NCBI GenBank assembly: GCA_003560595.1 | Contig: PWKY01000066.1 | Coordinates: forward strand, 226 to 64,225 | DNA: 64,000 bases | Source of the DNA: Thermoplasmata archaeon | Lineage (GTDB): Archaea > Thermoplasmatota > Thermoplasmata > Halarchaeoplasmatales > Halarchaeoplasmataceae | Direction of reading: 5' to 3' | Part shown: one piece after another, positions 1-9,604 of the stretch | How the letters are laid out: every line of letters starts with the position of its first letter | How positions within the stretch are numbered: position 1 is the first letter of the stretch | Position numbers and translations under genes: made by a program | Notes under the pieces: model-generated | Seen by the model: only the letters and a program-made list of their open reading frames with translations | What the model was told of the DNA's origin: nothing | Databases searched by the model: none

Positions 1-959
1 CAATCTTTCCCAATGAGAACGAAAAAGAGATTGATCTCTTAGAAAAATGGGGTTTGAAACCATCTGAGTTATCAAAGGTAAAAGTATTCACTATCGGAGA
101 TGTTCCCGAATCCCTAAAAAAAGATGCAAAAAAATATTCTTCCATCCCCTTCAAATTCAAGTTGAACGATCTTAGTGTACAGGATTGGATATCGCTGGTG
201 AGGACTAACAACAGTTTAGAAAAACAATTCATACAGACCGTAGTCGGTAACTTGAAAGATAAACGAAGGGAGACCGGTATGGACATAGGGTTCGAAGATA
301 TCTACAAAGAGATAGATTTGAGTGAAACCACAGCACATCAAGGAACGGTAAACGCCTTTCGAAGACATGTGAAAAATGTGGAGGAAATGAATATATGTGA
401 TAAAGATGGAACCCGGTTAGACGAACTCATAAAAAGGGATCAAATATCGATCATCAGCTTACAAACCACAGAAACATGGGTTCAAGATGTGGTTATGTCT
501 GTTTTATTTAAGAAGCTACAAAAGGCATTGCCTTTACTGAGAGCGAACAAGCTACCACCATTCCTTGTGTTCATCGACGAGCTTCATAAATTCTTTAAGG
601 GAGATTATAAAGATACTGGAAAATTACTTTCGGAGTTTATAACGGTTTGTAGGGCCGCCGGTTCGGGAATGATTATGGCAAGTCAAAGACCCTCAGACAT
701 ACCTATTGATGTATTATCACAGACCAATATGGTGATAGCTCACACAATAGATAAGAAAAAGGACGCAAAAAGACTAACTGAAATATTATCTACTGAACTA
801 CCTGAAATATTTTATAGTGGTCGTCAGAGAATTTTGAAAAACCTTCCACAGGGTTTTTGTGTAGTGTCCGATAGTGATGTTGGATCATTTCTTTTAGCTG
901 TAAGACCTAGAGTTTCGATGCATGGGGGGGCTACACCAGATATATTGGAAACCTTATAA
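1..959 (+). CDS. HerA-like (DUF87/FtsK-type) P-loop ATPase, C-terminal part; ORF is open to the window edge
   Basis: Reading frame has no stop back to base 3. Walker B-like VFIDELHKF and the HerA-type arginine-finger segment ASQRPSDIPIDVLSQTNMVIAHTIDKKKD are seen in the translation. Confidence 0.6.
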   Translation, partial: IFPNENEKEIDLLEKWGLKPSELSKVKVFTIGDVPESLKKDAKKYSSIPFKFKLNDLSVQDWISLVRTNNSLEKQFIQTVVGNLKDKRRETGMDIGFEDIYKEIDLSETTAHQGTVNAFRRHVKNVEEMNICDKDGTRLDELIKRDQISIISLQTTETWVQDVVMSVLFKKLQKALPLLRANKLPPFLVFIDELHKFFKGDYKDTGKLLSEFITVCRAAGSGMIMASQRPSDIPIDVLSQTNMVIAHTIDKKKDAKRLTEILSTELPEIFYSGRQRILKNLPQGFCVVSDSDVGSFLLAVRPRVSMHGGATPDILETL

Positions 960-980
960 CGAATATGTGGAAGAGTATAC

Positions 981-2297
981 ATGAAATATTCAAAAAAGGA
1001 TATAGTACCCGACGATAGATTATATGTTTATAAGTCCGAGGATGAAGAATTCAAAAAAATACATTTATTAACCGCCTTAAAGCAAATAGACCAGGGGTTA
1101 AAATTAAAATATTTCAGGGTTGAAAATAGAGAGCTATTGCCGGTTGCAGCGATCCATCCCCATACTAGGGTTACTAAAACAGGTAAAACCCAGAAAGTAA
1201 GGGGTCACTGGAGAAGAATTCCAGAAAAAATTGAAGAATTACCCGAGGACATTGATTTGGAAGAAGAAGATGATAAAATGGACGAAATAGAAAATTACAC
1301 AGATATAATTGAAGAATTCAGAAAAAAATACGAAAAAAACATATCAAAAGAAAAAGCGGATCCCCCTGAAAGAGGTGAATACGAATATGAGGATGAACTA
1401 GATGAAGAGGAGATTAAAGAAGAAATCGATGAATATGAATACGAGTCTAGAGAAGAGTCTGAGGAGATAATAGAAAAACCACCGGAGCCTCCAGAGGATT
1501 TTAGATGTACTGCATGGTATGTTGGATTCCATTATAATGATGAATGGGGGATATGGGCACGCCTAGAAGCCATTAAAGATCTGGCGAAAAATGCTCTATC
1601 TTACATCTATAATGATCACGACTTCGAAGGGGCTGAAAATTCTTTTACATCGAAAAAAGCTTTCCGTAAAGTTCTCGGTAAAATGGTTTTCAATGAAATG
1701 ATGGGCAGCATCATCAGACACGAGATGTTCCATCACATGGTAGAGGTAACAGCAACCAACTACGAAATCATATCCGGAAAGAAAGTTTATTTACCTTATA
1801 AACATAGAGTTTACGAACCGACATTCAATACAGAAAATAATGTGGAAGAAGCTATGGCTAGTGCAAATAGTGTCCTTCCTTTCACTTCTAGAGAATTCAT
1901 AATCAATTATTCAAACAATGATAAACACCTTCCAGAACAGTATCGGAGAATACTAACGGTCAAGTTTGTTGAGGATGTTGACAGATATATCAGAAAGAAT
2001 TGGTTAGATAATGCACCCTATTCTTACCGAAAATATGTTAAGTATTACAAAACTTGGAAGGACTTTATGAAAGGGATAAAGGAGCTAAATTCTCAAATAT
2101 TGACTGCAGACGTTAACACTAAAGAAAAAGACTCGATTGAAATGACCTCTGGTCAACTGTTCGGGTCTCCAGAAATAGTATTTGTTCGGGGTGGAATATT
2201 TTCGGATGTAATGTATAGACACATCGACTTTTTCTCTTTGGTGAGGGATCAAAAAAACCTAAAAGACAAATTTCCTATACCTCTACATTTTGTTTAA
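981..2297 (+). CDS. Uncharacterized acidic protein with a central Glu/Asp-rich low-complexity tract and an HExxH motif (IIRHEMFHHMVE), possible SprT/zincin-like metallopeptidase domain
   Basis: 438-aa ORF 22 bp downstream of the herA-like gene. The HEMFH motif resembles the SprT-family HEMIH signature. No other recognisable domain. Confidence 0.45.
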   Translation: MKYSKKDIVPDDRLYVYKSEDEEFKKIHLLTALKQIDQGLKLKYFRVENRELLPVAAIHPHTRVTKTGKTQKVRGHWRRIPEKIEELPEDIDLEEEDDKMDEIENYTDIIEEFRKKYEKNISKEKADPPERGEYEYEDELDEEEIKEEIDEYEYESREESEEIIEKPPEPPEDFRCTAWYVGFHYNDEWGIWARLEAIKDLAKNALSYIYNDHDFEGAENSFTSKKAFRKVLGKMVFNEMMGSIIRHEMFHHMVEVTATNYEIISGKKVYLPYKHRVYEPTFNTENNVEEAMASANSVLPFTSREFIINYSNNDKHLPEQYRRILTVKFVEDVDRYIRKNWLDNAPYSYRKYVKYYKTWKDFMKGIKELNSQILTADVNTKEKDSIEMTSGQLFGSPEIVFVRGGIFSDVMYRHIDFFSLVRDQKNLKDKFPIPLHFV

Positions 2298-2431
2298 GTA
2301 GCTTTTTTACAGTATAGCCTTCGCCTTTCTTTCTTCGTTTTTATTTGACATTTCTGCCTATATATTAAAAAATCATTTTAAAAAAGATTGTCAGATTCCA
2401 ATAAGTTTTTTACATAGTAACAATTAAACCA

Positions 2432-3010
2432 TTGAAAAGGCGTTGTAAAATTAACGAAAAGGTGCTGAAAATATACTATATAGCGAGATATCCATTACCA
2501 AGTGCGCTCTTGATAATTGCTAGTTTCTTCTCCTTCCTTTGGGCTATCACTAGAAGTGATGAGAATAAGAAGGGGGAAAAGGTAATTGAAACGATATTCC
2601 AATTTATCGGTTTTTCCTGGGGGGTGACAACTCTTGTCTGGGGTGTATATACATTGGGTTCGGAATCGCATCCTGGCTGGGTAGCTTGGATATTGATAGT
2701 TGTAGGTCTATCCCTTTTCTTAAAACCGATAAAAAACATACCATGGGCATCTTTGGTTAGCTTATTAGCAGCTAGCTCGTTAACAGCTCTGCTAGCTTAT
2801 AATATGAGCCCAATACCGTTTTTTGGTTTTGATCTGAGATGGCTACTTGCGATAGTCTTCTTTAGTTTACTCTTCACACTTTATATCATACTGAAATTTC
2901 TAGAAGACTTGTTTAAAGTCGTGGGAATCGTACTCAGCTCAGATCCGATATCGTTAATTATCGGATTTGCAGGTATGGCCCTAGGAATCGTTAGCTTGTT
3001 CGTAGTTTAG
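2432..3010 (+). CDS. Hypothetical integral membrane protein (about 5 predicted TM helices)
   Basis: Hydrophobic segments throughout the 192-aa ORF; AT-rich promoter-like region upstream. Confidence 0.45.
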   Translation: MKRRCKINEKVLKIYYIARYPLPSALLIIASFFSFLWAITRSDENKKGEKVIETIFQFIGFSWGVTTLVWGVYTLGSESHPGWVAWILIVVGLSLFLKPIKNIPWASLVSLLAASSLTALLAYNMSPIPFFGFDLRWLLAIVFFSLLFTLYIILKFLEDLFKVVGIVLSSDPISLIIGFAGMALGIVSLFVV

Positions 3011-3043
3011 ATATATACATCACATTGAACGTACCACTGGTAC

Positions 3044-3448
3044 ATGGTATTAATGTTCATATCGCACTCTCAGTTAACACAACAAAAACGCATAAATATC
3101 GCTCCAAGTATGTTTATCTGCATGATATATCGATTAGTCTTCACCGAAAAACCTGATTATAATCAATGGTTGTTCGGTTTGCAACGCGGTGGAGGTAGTA
3201 GAGTCACAGCAGTATTTTATGCTGAAGAAATGGATAAATTAGGTCTGAAAGCACCTAAACATGTGAACCCAAGGGCGAGATTTTACTTCACAGAGAGGGG
3301 TTGGGAAGAGATAGGCAAAAAGCTCGTGGAGAAGGCAAATAAAGAGGGGTTCAAGGTAAAGGTGATCAAGAAAAAGAACCCCAAGAGGAGCGATGTGGCA
3401 TATAGCGATCCGTATCAGGTGGCGTTACTGCCTAAGAGTAAACGTTGA
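3044..3448 (+). CDS. Hypothetical protein with a basic C-terminus
   Basis: ORF only; the true start may be an internal Met (MIYRLVF or MDKLGL). Confidence 0.3.
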   Translation: MVLMFISHSQLTQQKRINIAPSMFICMIYRLVFTEKPDYNQWLFGLQRGGGSRVTAVFYAEEMDKLGLKAPKHVNPRARFYFTERGWEEIGKKLVEKANKEGFKVKVIKKKNPKRSDVAYSDPYQVALLPKSKR

Positions 3449-3525
3449 ATTGCACACATTTATCTCAAAGATTCATCATAACTAACTTGTTCCATGTTTG
3501 AAAAGCTCGATGAAAGCACTATTTC

Positions 3526-4191
3526 CTATTCAAACATATCCATCCAATCACGTCTTTCCCCATCTAATTCTTCAAAAAACAACAGATCCTCATGCTTCTT
3601 TATTCGAAAGATAGAAACCGCGTAATCGTATAATGTGATCTCCATACTGACTTTTCCTATATTTAGGTCATAATCACTCTTTAAATGCATAATTTCTTTT
3701 GCTTCATCTAAAGTTAAACCATAACTCTGCCACTTCATCATTTCCTTCTTTAACTCGATATCAGAATACAACTTATCTTCGATCTCTTCCGGGCTCATTT
3801 GTTCTAGGTCTTTTGAACTAATGATAGAGAGATGATGATCTAAAAGATCCAATTCCGGGTTTATACCCGTTTTTTTACCTAGATAATCAACTCTAGTCCT
3901 CAGCTCTAGCAGATAATCATATCTTGTTCTTAATTCGTATATCTTGTTATTCATCTCGTTGATAAAATCCTCGGAAAGAAAATCCTGGGCTTTTTCATTC
4001 ATTTCGAAAATCTCTTCGTCTTTACAGCCCCCATCGATCATCTCATTAATCTTGTCGCATATCTCAATTAGTCCCTCTTCTTTTTTTCCTAATACCTCGT
4101 TAACTCTCTCAAAGTCTTCAACAAACTTCTCGTGCAATTCTAATGCGTGATATAATGCTTTGATGTATTCCTCATGGTCGATATTCATCAA
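3526..4191 (-). CDS. Hypothetical acidic protein
   Basis: 221-aa ORF with consistent codon usage; no recognised motif. Confidence 0.4.
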   Translation of the reverse strand: MMNIDHEEYIKALYHALELHEKFVEDFERVNEVLGKKEEGLIEICDKINEMIDGGCKDEEIFEMNEKAQDFLSEDFINEMNNKIYELRTRYDYLLELRTRVDYLGKKTGINPELDLLDHHLSIISSKDLEQMSPEEIEDKLYSDIELKKEMMKWQSYGLTLDEAKEIMHLKSDYDLNIGKVSMEITLYDYAVSIFRIKKHEDLLFFEELDGERRDWMDMFE

Positions 4192-4351
4192 TTATACAAG
4201 AACTCGTACCTTGATATAATTTTCGTAACTGTTAATTCTAGTTTGTTTTTCTCCACAAAGATGTTAATACGGTGACCGTCAGAATTAAGAAATCTATAAA
4301 CATGAAAGAAAAGCTTATTTTTCTCATGAAAACTTACACCATCGTGATTTC

Positions 4352-4810
4352 ATGGTCAGTTTATACGGAGGAAAGATATATAGATACCATAATCGGCTCT
4401 ACCATATAGTGGACCGGAAAGAAGAGGAAGGTACGGTGAAGATATCTAAGATAACTAATCCCAAAACTAGTTTCTGGGTAGAAGAGTCGGAAGTGGAGTT
4501 CGTAAGCGATATGTTCGATGTACAGGGTGACAGTGAATTAGAAACGTGTTACGTTGCACTGGGGGTATACGGAAGATATACTCAGGAACTCGATTTCATA
4601 AGAACTTGTGGAAGATTACTGGAAGATTACGCAAATATGAAGAGGTTCGACGTAGGTGATTCTCGTAAAGAATTTATCGAACACCTGGCGGAAATGGACA
4701 TACTGATAGAACAGATGAAGATACTCTTTTCCTATGAAGAAGAGTGGGAACATATACGATCTCATAAATTATCTAACATTCGTTTTAATATCGAGGATAT
4801 GTTGAGATGA
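4352..4810 (+). CDS. Hypothetical protein
   Basis: 152-aa ORF; no recognised motif. Confidence 0.4.
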   Translation: MVSLYGGKIYRYHNRLYHIVDRKEEEGTVKISKITNPKTSFWVEESEVEFVSDMFDVQGDSELETCYVALGVYGRYTQELDFIRTCGRLLEDYANMKRFDVGDSRKEFIEHLAEMDILIEQMKILFSYEEEWEHIRSHKLSNIRFNIEDMLR

Positions 4811-5079
4811 AAACATCGATAGACGTACTCAAATTAGATCGTTAAATTCTTAGTTCTTCATCAGTGAATGGATCTATCAGATAACACGATCATCTATAGG
4901 AACTTATCCACGCCCGGTAACGATCTCGTAGTCTTAGAGTTTTTTAAACTTGACATTCTAGCGGCTGTAGATTCGGTTGGTATTCCTGTAATTGAAGCAG
5001 TTCGTACTTCATCAGGCTTATATCTATTCCTAATTGAGATCAGGTCGCTTTATTGATCAAGATCGACCTCACCCCGTTG

Positions 5080-5736
5080 TCATCCTAATGTACTCAAAAC
5101 TTCTTTGCAATCTTCGTCAGAGGTGATAGGGTCTATCACAGCTTTGATAAAACGCACGATCAGATCATCTAAAGTGCCGAATGCATCGACCATATCTAGC
5201 TCTGGATAGGTTTCCAGCAATCTATCGTTCTTTATGCTGACGACGGTATCTGCTATATCTTCCAGTTCGTTCAAAGCTTTCTCGGCTCTTTTTCCCGATT
5301 TTGCCCCTTCCACCTTGAACGGTAGAACACATATAGCGAAGATAAGAGCACAGTGTTCCCTAGCGATCTCTGCAACCATAGGGGCGGTAGCGGTACCGGT
5401 TGACCCGCCTAATCCGCTTACAAGGAACGTTATATCCGTTTTCTCCATGATCTCATCTATGGTATCCCTCTCTTCTTTATCTGCTCCCACTGATGAAAAG
5501 ATGAAACCACCAGTTGGATCTTTACATATCAAATATTTGTTCTCGATGGGAACAGTTTCTAAATGTGTAGAATCAACATCTATCGCGACCAATCCTACCC
5601 CGTGCATATCTACCTCGGTAGCCTTCCGGACTATGTTGCAACCAGTACCGCCAACACCGATGATATTCTTTCTCAGTTTCAAAGTGTTCAAAACCTCTTG
5701 CAACTCTGTTTCATCTTCCTTTGTTTCCATTCTCAT
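5080..5736 (-). CDS. FtsZ/tubulin-superfamily GTPase-domain-only protein (truncated FtsZ paralog lacking the C-terminal T7-loop domain)
   Basis: GVGGTGCN (glycine-rich T1 loop) and GLGGSTGTATAPMVAEIA (tubulin signature GGGTGSG variant) align with the FtsZ N-terminal domain. The protein ends at about 218 aa, before the NxDxxD T7 region. Confidence 0.65.
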   Translation of the reverse strand: MRMETKEDETELQEVLNTLKLRKNIIGVGGTGCNIVRKATEVDMHGVGLVAIDVDSTHLETVPIENKYLICKDPTGGFIFSSVGADKEERDTIDEIMEKTDITFLVSGLGGSTGTATAPMVAEIAREHCALIFAICVLPFKVEGAKSGKRAEKALNELEDIADTVVSIKNDRLLETYPELDMVDAFGTLDDLIVRFIKAVIDPITSDEDCKEVLSTLG

Positions 5737-5886
5737 TTCACTCCAAGACGTATATATTATTACGATATTTAAACTTACATATTGGCTTATAACTCATGCC
5801 GTTATCTTTATCTGATAAACTCAGGATGAATATGTTCTTTAATGTTTCAAATATGTGAGGGGATGATACATCGATACTACTTGTCG

Positions 5887-6567
5887 TCACTTAAAACACA
5901 CCTCTATTGCTTTTGTTTCCATCATTTCAATTACCTCCCTTAGATCTCCTTCAGAGTATCCCTCCAACCCCTCGGTATCGGGATCGATGTGGGGCGGCCG
6001 GCTTTCATAGTCCTGTAACACATACCTTTTAAACGGAGATATGGACCTCACCAACTCCAGTACATCCTCCGGGAATACCACGCCAGGTACCAGTGTGGTC
6101 CTGAACTCGTATTCGATACCGGACGATCTGATCAGCTCCATGGACTCCCGTATATCATCAGGATCCACATCCCCCATGAGGTGATACCTGTGGAAAGAGG
6201 TCTTCACGTCCATGGCCAGGTAGTCCACCGATCCACGTTCTATGATCTCCCTTAAAACATCGGGCCGGGTCCCGTTGGTGTCCAACTTGACTAGATATCC
6301 CATCTCCCTGATATCCCCGAGAAACTTCAGCAGATCTGGCTGTAGGGTCGGCTCACCACCGGTTACACACACCGCCTCTAGTCTGTCCTTACGTTCTTCA
6401 AGAAATCCCATTACGTGCTCTTCCGATATCAAAGGTACATCACCTCTCACAAGCCTCACGTTATAGCAGTAAGGGCAGCGGAGATTGCATCCCACGGTCC
6501 AGATTACGGCACAGAGGTGATCAGGATAATCAAGCAGCGACAGTTTCTGCAGCCCGCCTATCTTCAT
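5887..6567 (-). CDS. nrdG: Anaerobic ribonucleoside-triphosphate reductase activating protein (radical SAM)
   Basis: CNLRCPYCYN radical-SAM motif; start overlaps the nrdD stop (ATGA coupling); gene order nrdD-nrdG. Confidence 0.85.
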   Translation of the reverse strand: MKIGGLQKLSLLDYPDHLCAVIWTVGCNLRCPYCYNVRLVRGDVPLISEEHVMGFLEERKDRLEAVCVTGGEPTLQPDLLKFLGDIREMGYLVKLDTNGTRPDVLREIIERGSVDYLAMDVKTSFHRYHLMGDVDPDDIRESMELIRSSGIEYEFRTTLVPGVVFPEDVLELVRSISPFKRYVLQDYESRPPHIDPDTEGLEGYSEGDLREVIEMMETKAIEVCFK

Positions 6568-8678
6568 GCTTCCGCACTCACAGAACTTCTAAAGGTCTTG
6601 CGGTGCACGAACTCCTGACCCTTGCCTTCGTTCCACTGGTCCACAGGCCTGAGGTATCCCACCACCCGTGAGTAAACCTCGCACCGTACCTTCTGTCCAT
6701 ACTCCGCACAGCGTGGACAATGTCGATGTTCGCCTGAAATATACCCATGGTTGGTGCATATGCTGAAGGTGGGTGTTAGGGTAAAATACGGTATTGTATA
6801 ATTCTCGGCGATGGTGCGAACGAGCTTTTTGGTTGACTCTACAGACGGAAGCCTCTCGCCCAGGAACGCGTGGAACACCGTTCCACCCGTGTATTTCGAC
6901 TGTAAGGGTTCCTGCATATCTAGGGCTTCGAATAGATCGTCCGTGAACCCCACCGGGAGTTGAGTCGAGTTGGTGTAGTACGGTATGGATCCCTCGCCTG
7001 TGCTGAACCGTATTCCGGGATATCTTTTTACATCCGCCCTTGCCAATCGGTAGCTCGTGCTCTCGGCCGGCGTCGCCTCCAGGTTGTGCAGGTTCCCGGT
7101 TTCCTCCTGGAATTCCAACAGTCGTTCGTTCATGTGGTCCAGCACCCTCTCGGCAAAGGACACACCTTCATCCGTACATATATCAGTACCGAGAAGATTT
7201 AACATCGCCTCGTTCATACCGACTATACCGATAGTACAAAAATGATTTTTCCAGTATTCTCCGAACCTCTCACGAACATCGGAGAGATAGAATCGTGAGT
7301 ACGGATGCAGGTTACTGTGGGTCAGCTCTTCGATGACCTCTCTCTTTATGCTCAAACAGTCCCTGGCCTTCTCCATCAACTCGTCCAGCCGCTCAAAAAA
7401 CTCATCTTCACTTTTGGATAGGTGACCGATCCTGGGTAGATTCAGCGTTACCACACCGACTGAACCGGTCTTCGGGTTCGCACCGAAGAGTCCGCCGCCC
7501 CTTTTTCGCAGTTCCCGACTGTCCAGCCTCAGCCGGCAGCACATGCTACGTGCATCTTCAGGCTTCATATCGCTGTTCACGAAATTTGAAAAATACGGTA
7601 CCCCGTACTTCGCCGTCATCTCCCAGATCGGATCCAACTCGCCATTATCCCAGTCAAAATCTCCCGTTATGTTGTACGTGGGTATGGGGAACGTGAAGGG
7701 TCTATCCGCAGCATCTCCCTCCAGCATCACTTCGGAAAAGGCTCTGTTGATGGTGACCATCTCCTCCGCATGATCACCGTACGTGTCTTCTTTCATCTCC
7801 CCGCCTATCACCACACCCTGATCACTCATGTAATTCGGTGGCTCCAAATCCATGGTTATGTTGGTAAAAGGTGTCTGGAAACCCACTCTGGTTGGCACGT
7901 TCATGTTGAACAGGAACATCTGTATCTCCTGCTTTACCTGCTGGTAGTTCAAGTCGTCCGCCCTAACGAAGGGTGCCAGTAAGGTATCGAAATTGGATAC
8001 CGCCTGGGCACCGGCGGCTTCCCCCTGAAGAGTGTACAGGAAATTAACCACCTGCATCAAAGCAACACTGAAGTGCTTCGCAGGGCCGCTCTCTATCTTT
8101 CCCCTAGCACCCCGGAACCCTTTCACCAATATCTCCTCTAGATCCCACCCTACACAGTAGGGTCCCAGTGTTCCCAGATCGTGTATGTGGATGTCGCCTT
8201 CCATGTGCAGTTTACTTATCTCCGAGGGGTAGAGCTTGTTCAACCAGTAATTAGAAACCACCGTTTCGGTGGTATAAACGTTGAGCCCCTGTAGCGAGTA
8301 GCTCATGTTGCTGTTCTCCTTCACCTTCCAATCCATCATGTCTAGATAGTTATCCACCACCTCGATCTCCTTGAGCAGTCCGCCGACCTCACGTATGTCC
8401 TGGTGCTGTTTTCGGTACAGTATGTAGGCCTTGGCGGTCCTGTACTCTCCGGCCTCCATGAGTACTTTCTCTACAAGGTCCTGCACGCTCTCCACATCGG
8501 GTATCTCGCCCATCGGCGTGTTCGACTTGAGTATCTCCACCACCTTGTCGGTCAGTTCCACAGCCGTATTGAGGTCTTTGTCACCCACAGCCAAGGATGC
8601 TTTCCATATTGCATTCGTTATCCTTACCGGGTTGAAATCCACAACTTTCCCATCCCTTTTTCTTATCTTTCTTATCAT
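6564..8678 (-). CDS. nrdD: Anaerobic ribonucleoside-triphosphate reductase, class III
   Basis: 704-aa ORF. C-terminal zinc site CPRCAEYGQKVRCEVYSRVVGYLRPV with a glycyl-radical-type region; conserved RNR class III blocks. Confidence 0.85.
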   Translation of the reverse strand: MIRKIRKRDGKVVDFNPVRITNAIWKASLAVGDKDLNTAVELTDKVVEILKSNTPMGEIPDVESVQDLVEKVLMEAGEYRTAKAYILYRKQHQDIREVGGLLKEIEVVDNYLDMMDWKVKENSNMSYSLQGLNVYTTETVVSNYWLNKLYPSEISKLHMEGDIHIHDLGTLGPYCVGWDLEEILVKGFRGARGKIESGPAKHFSVALMQVVNFLYTLQGEAAGAQAVSNFDTLLAPFVRADDLNYQQVKQEIQMFLFNMNVPTRVGFQTPFTNITMDLEPPNYMSDQGVVIGGEMKEDTYGDHAEEMVTINRAFSEVMLEGDAADRPFTFPIPTYNITGDFDWDNGELDPIWEMTAKYGVPYFSNFVNSDMKPEDARSMCCRLRLDSRELRKRGGGLFGANPKTGSVGVVTLNLPRIGHLSKSEDEFFERLDELMEKARDCLSIKREVIEELTHSNLHPYSRFYLSDVRERFGEYWKNHFCTIGIVGMNEAMLNLLGTDICTDEGVSFAERVLDHMNERLLEFQEETGNLHNLEATPAESTSYRLARADVKRYPGIRFSTGEGSIPYYTNSTQLPVGFTDDLFEALDMQEPLQSKYTGGTVFHAFLGERLPSVESTKKLVRTIAENYTIPYFTLTPTFSICTNHGYISGEHRHCPRCAEYGQKVRCEVYSRVVGYLRPVDQWNEGKGQEFVHRKTFRSSVSAEA

Positions 8679-9133
8679 TTATTCTTCTCCTTCAATAGTT
8701 TCTCGAGTTCTTTTTCAAAACACGTTATGTCCGCAAAGCTCCTATACACAGAGGCGAAACGTATGTAAGCGACCTGATCCAGTTCCTTCAGACCTTCCAT
8801 GATCTTTTCTCCTATCTCCTCGGCCTCCACTTCTCTGCACCCACTTTTCCTTATATCCGTCTCTATACGATTGACCATCTCTTCTATCTTGTCCACAGAG
8901 ACCGGTCTTTTCTCACAGGCCTTCTCTATCCCCTTACGGACCTTTTTTCGGTCGTATAGCTCCCGGTGACCGTCCTTCTTGACCACGTATAGCTCCACGG
9001 GCTCGATATACTCGTATGTTGTGAACCGTTCGCCGCAGTTCAAGCACTCTCTCCTACGGCGAATGGTATCACGGGACGAATCACGGGAGTCGGTCACCTT
9101 CGTACCTTCGTTGTCACAGTATGGGCATCTCAT
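8675..9133 (-). CDS. nrdR: Transcriptional repressor NrdR (zinc ribbon + ATP-cone)
   Basis: MRCPYCDNEGTKVTDSRDSSRDTIRRRRECLNCGERFTTYE and AYIRFASVYRSF are near-identical to bacterial NrdR blocks. Start taken at MRCPYC (the ORF track begins 4 codons earlier). Confidence 0.85.
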   Translation of the reverse strand: MRCPYCDNEGTKVTDSRDSSRDTIRRRRECLNCGERFTTYEYIEPVELYVVKKDGHRELYDRKKVRKGIEKACEKRPVSVDKIEEMVNRIETDIRKSGCREVEAEEIGEKIMEGLKELDQVAYIRFASVYRSFADITCFEKELEKLLKEKNK

Positions 9134-9604
9134 CCAAACCACCATATATAGTATATTTAATTCTTATAACTACAATATGGTGTATTTATTTAACCTTTTC
9201 GCAGAATCTAACGATATTATCAGAAGGTTTAACATACATGTTACCTATCATCAATGCATGGACCCTGATATGAGACTTGTAAAATACATAGACAAGGCGA
9301 TCAACAGTGGTGGAAAAAAGATACCCGTACCTGCACGTCTACTCAAGGCAGCTAGTCCTGATGGTAGAGATGCAGCTTCAAAACTGTGTAAATTGAACAA
9401 AGTGGAGATGGTGGTCGTATCTGGATGATATAGAGCTATCTTATTTTCAGAAGATATATTTTATTTCTTAACTCACCAGACTTTATACCTAGCTTTTCGT
9501 TAGGATACACCCTTATCTCTATTCAATAACCCTTCATGATTTGAGATCACCGAATTTGAAGTGCGTTATGCTTAAATACTGTTCCGAACTAGAAACCGTG
9601 TATA

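Noticed and set aside
5234-5815. 193-aa plus-strand ORF
   Set aside because: Antisense to the FtsZ-like gene, which has clear tubulin/FtsZ signatures.
8979-9257. N-terminal part of a 149-aa plus-strand ORF
   Set aside because: Antisense to the well-supported nrdR gene. Only the 3' portion beyond nrdR (9258-9428) is kept as a tentative small ORF.
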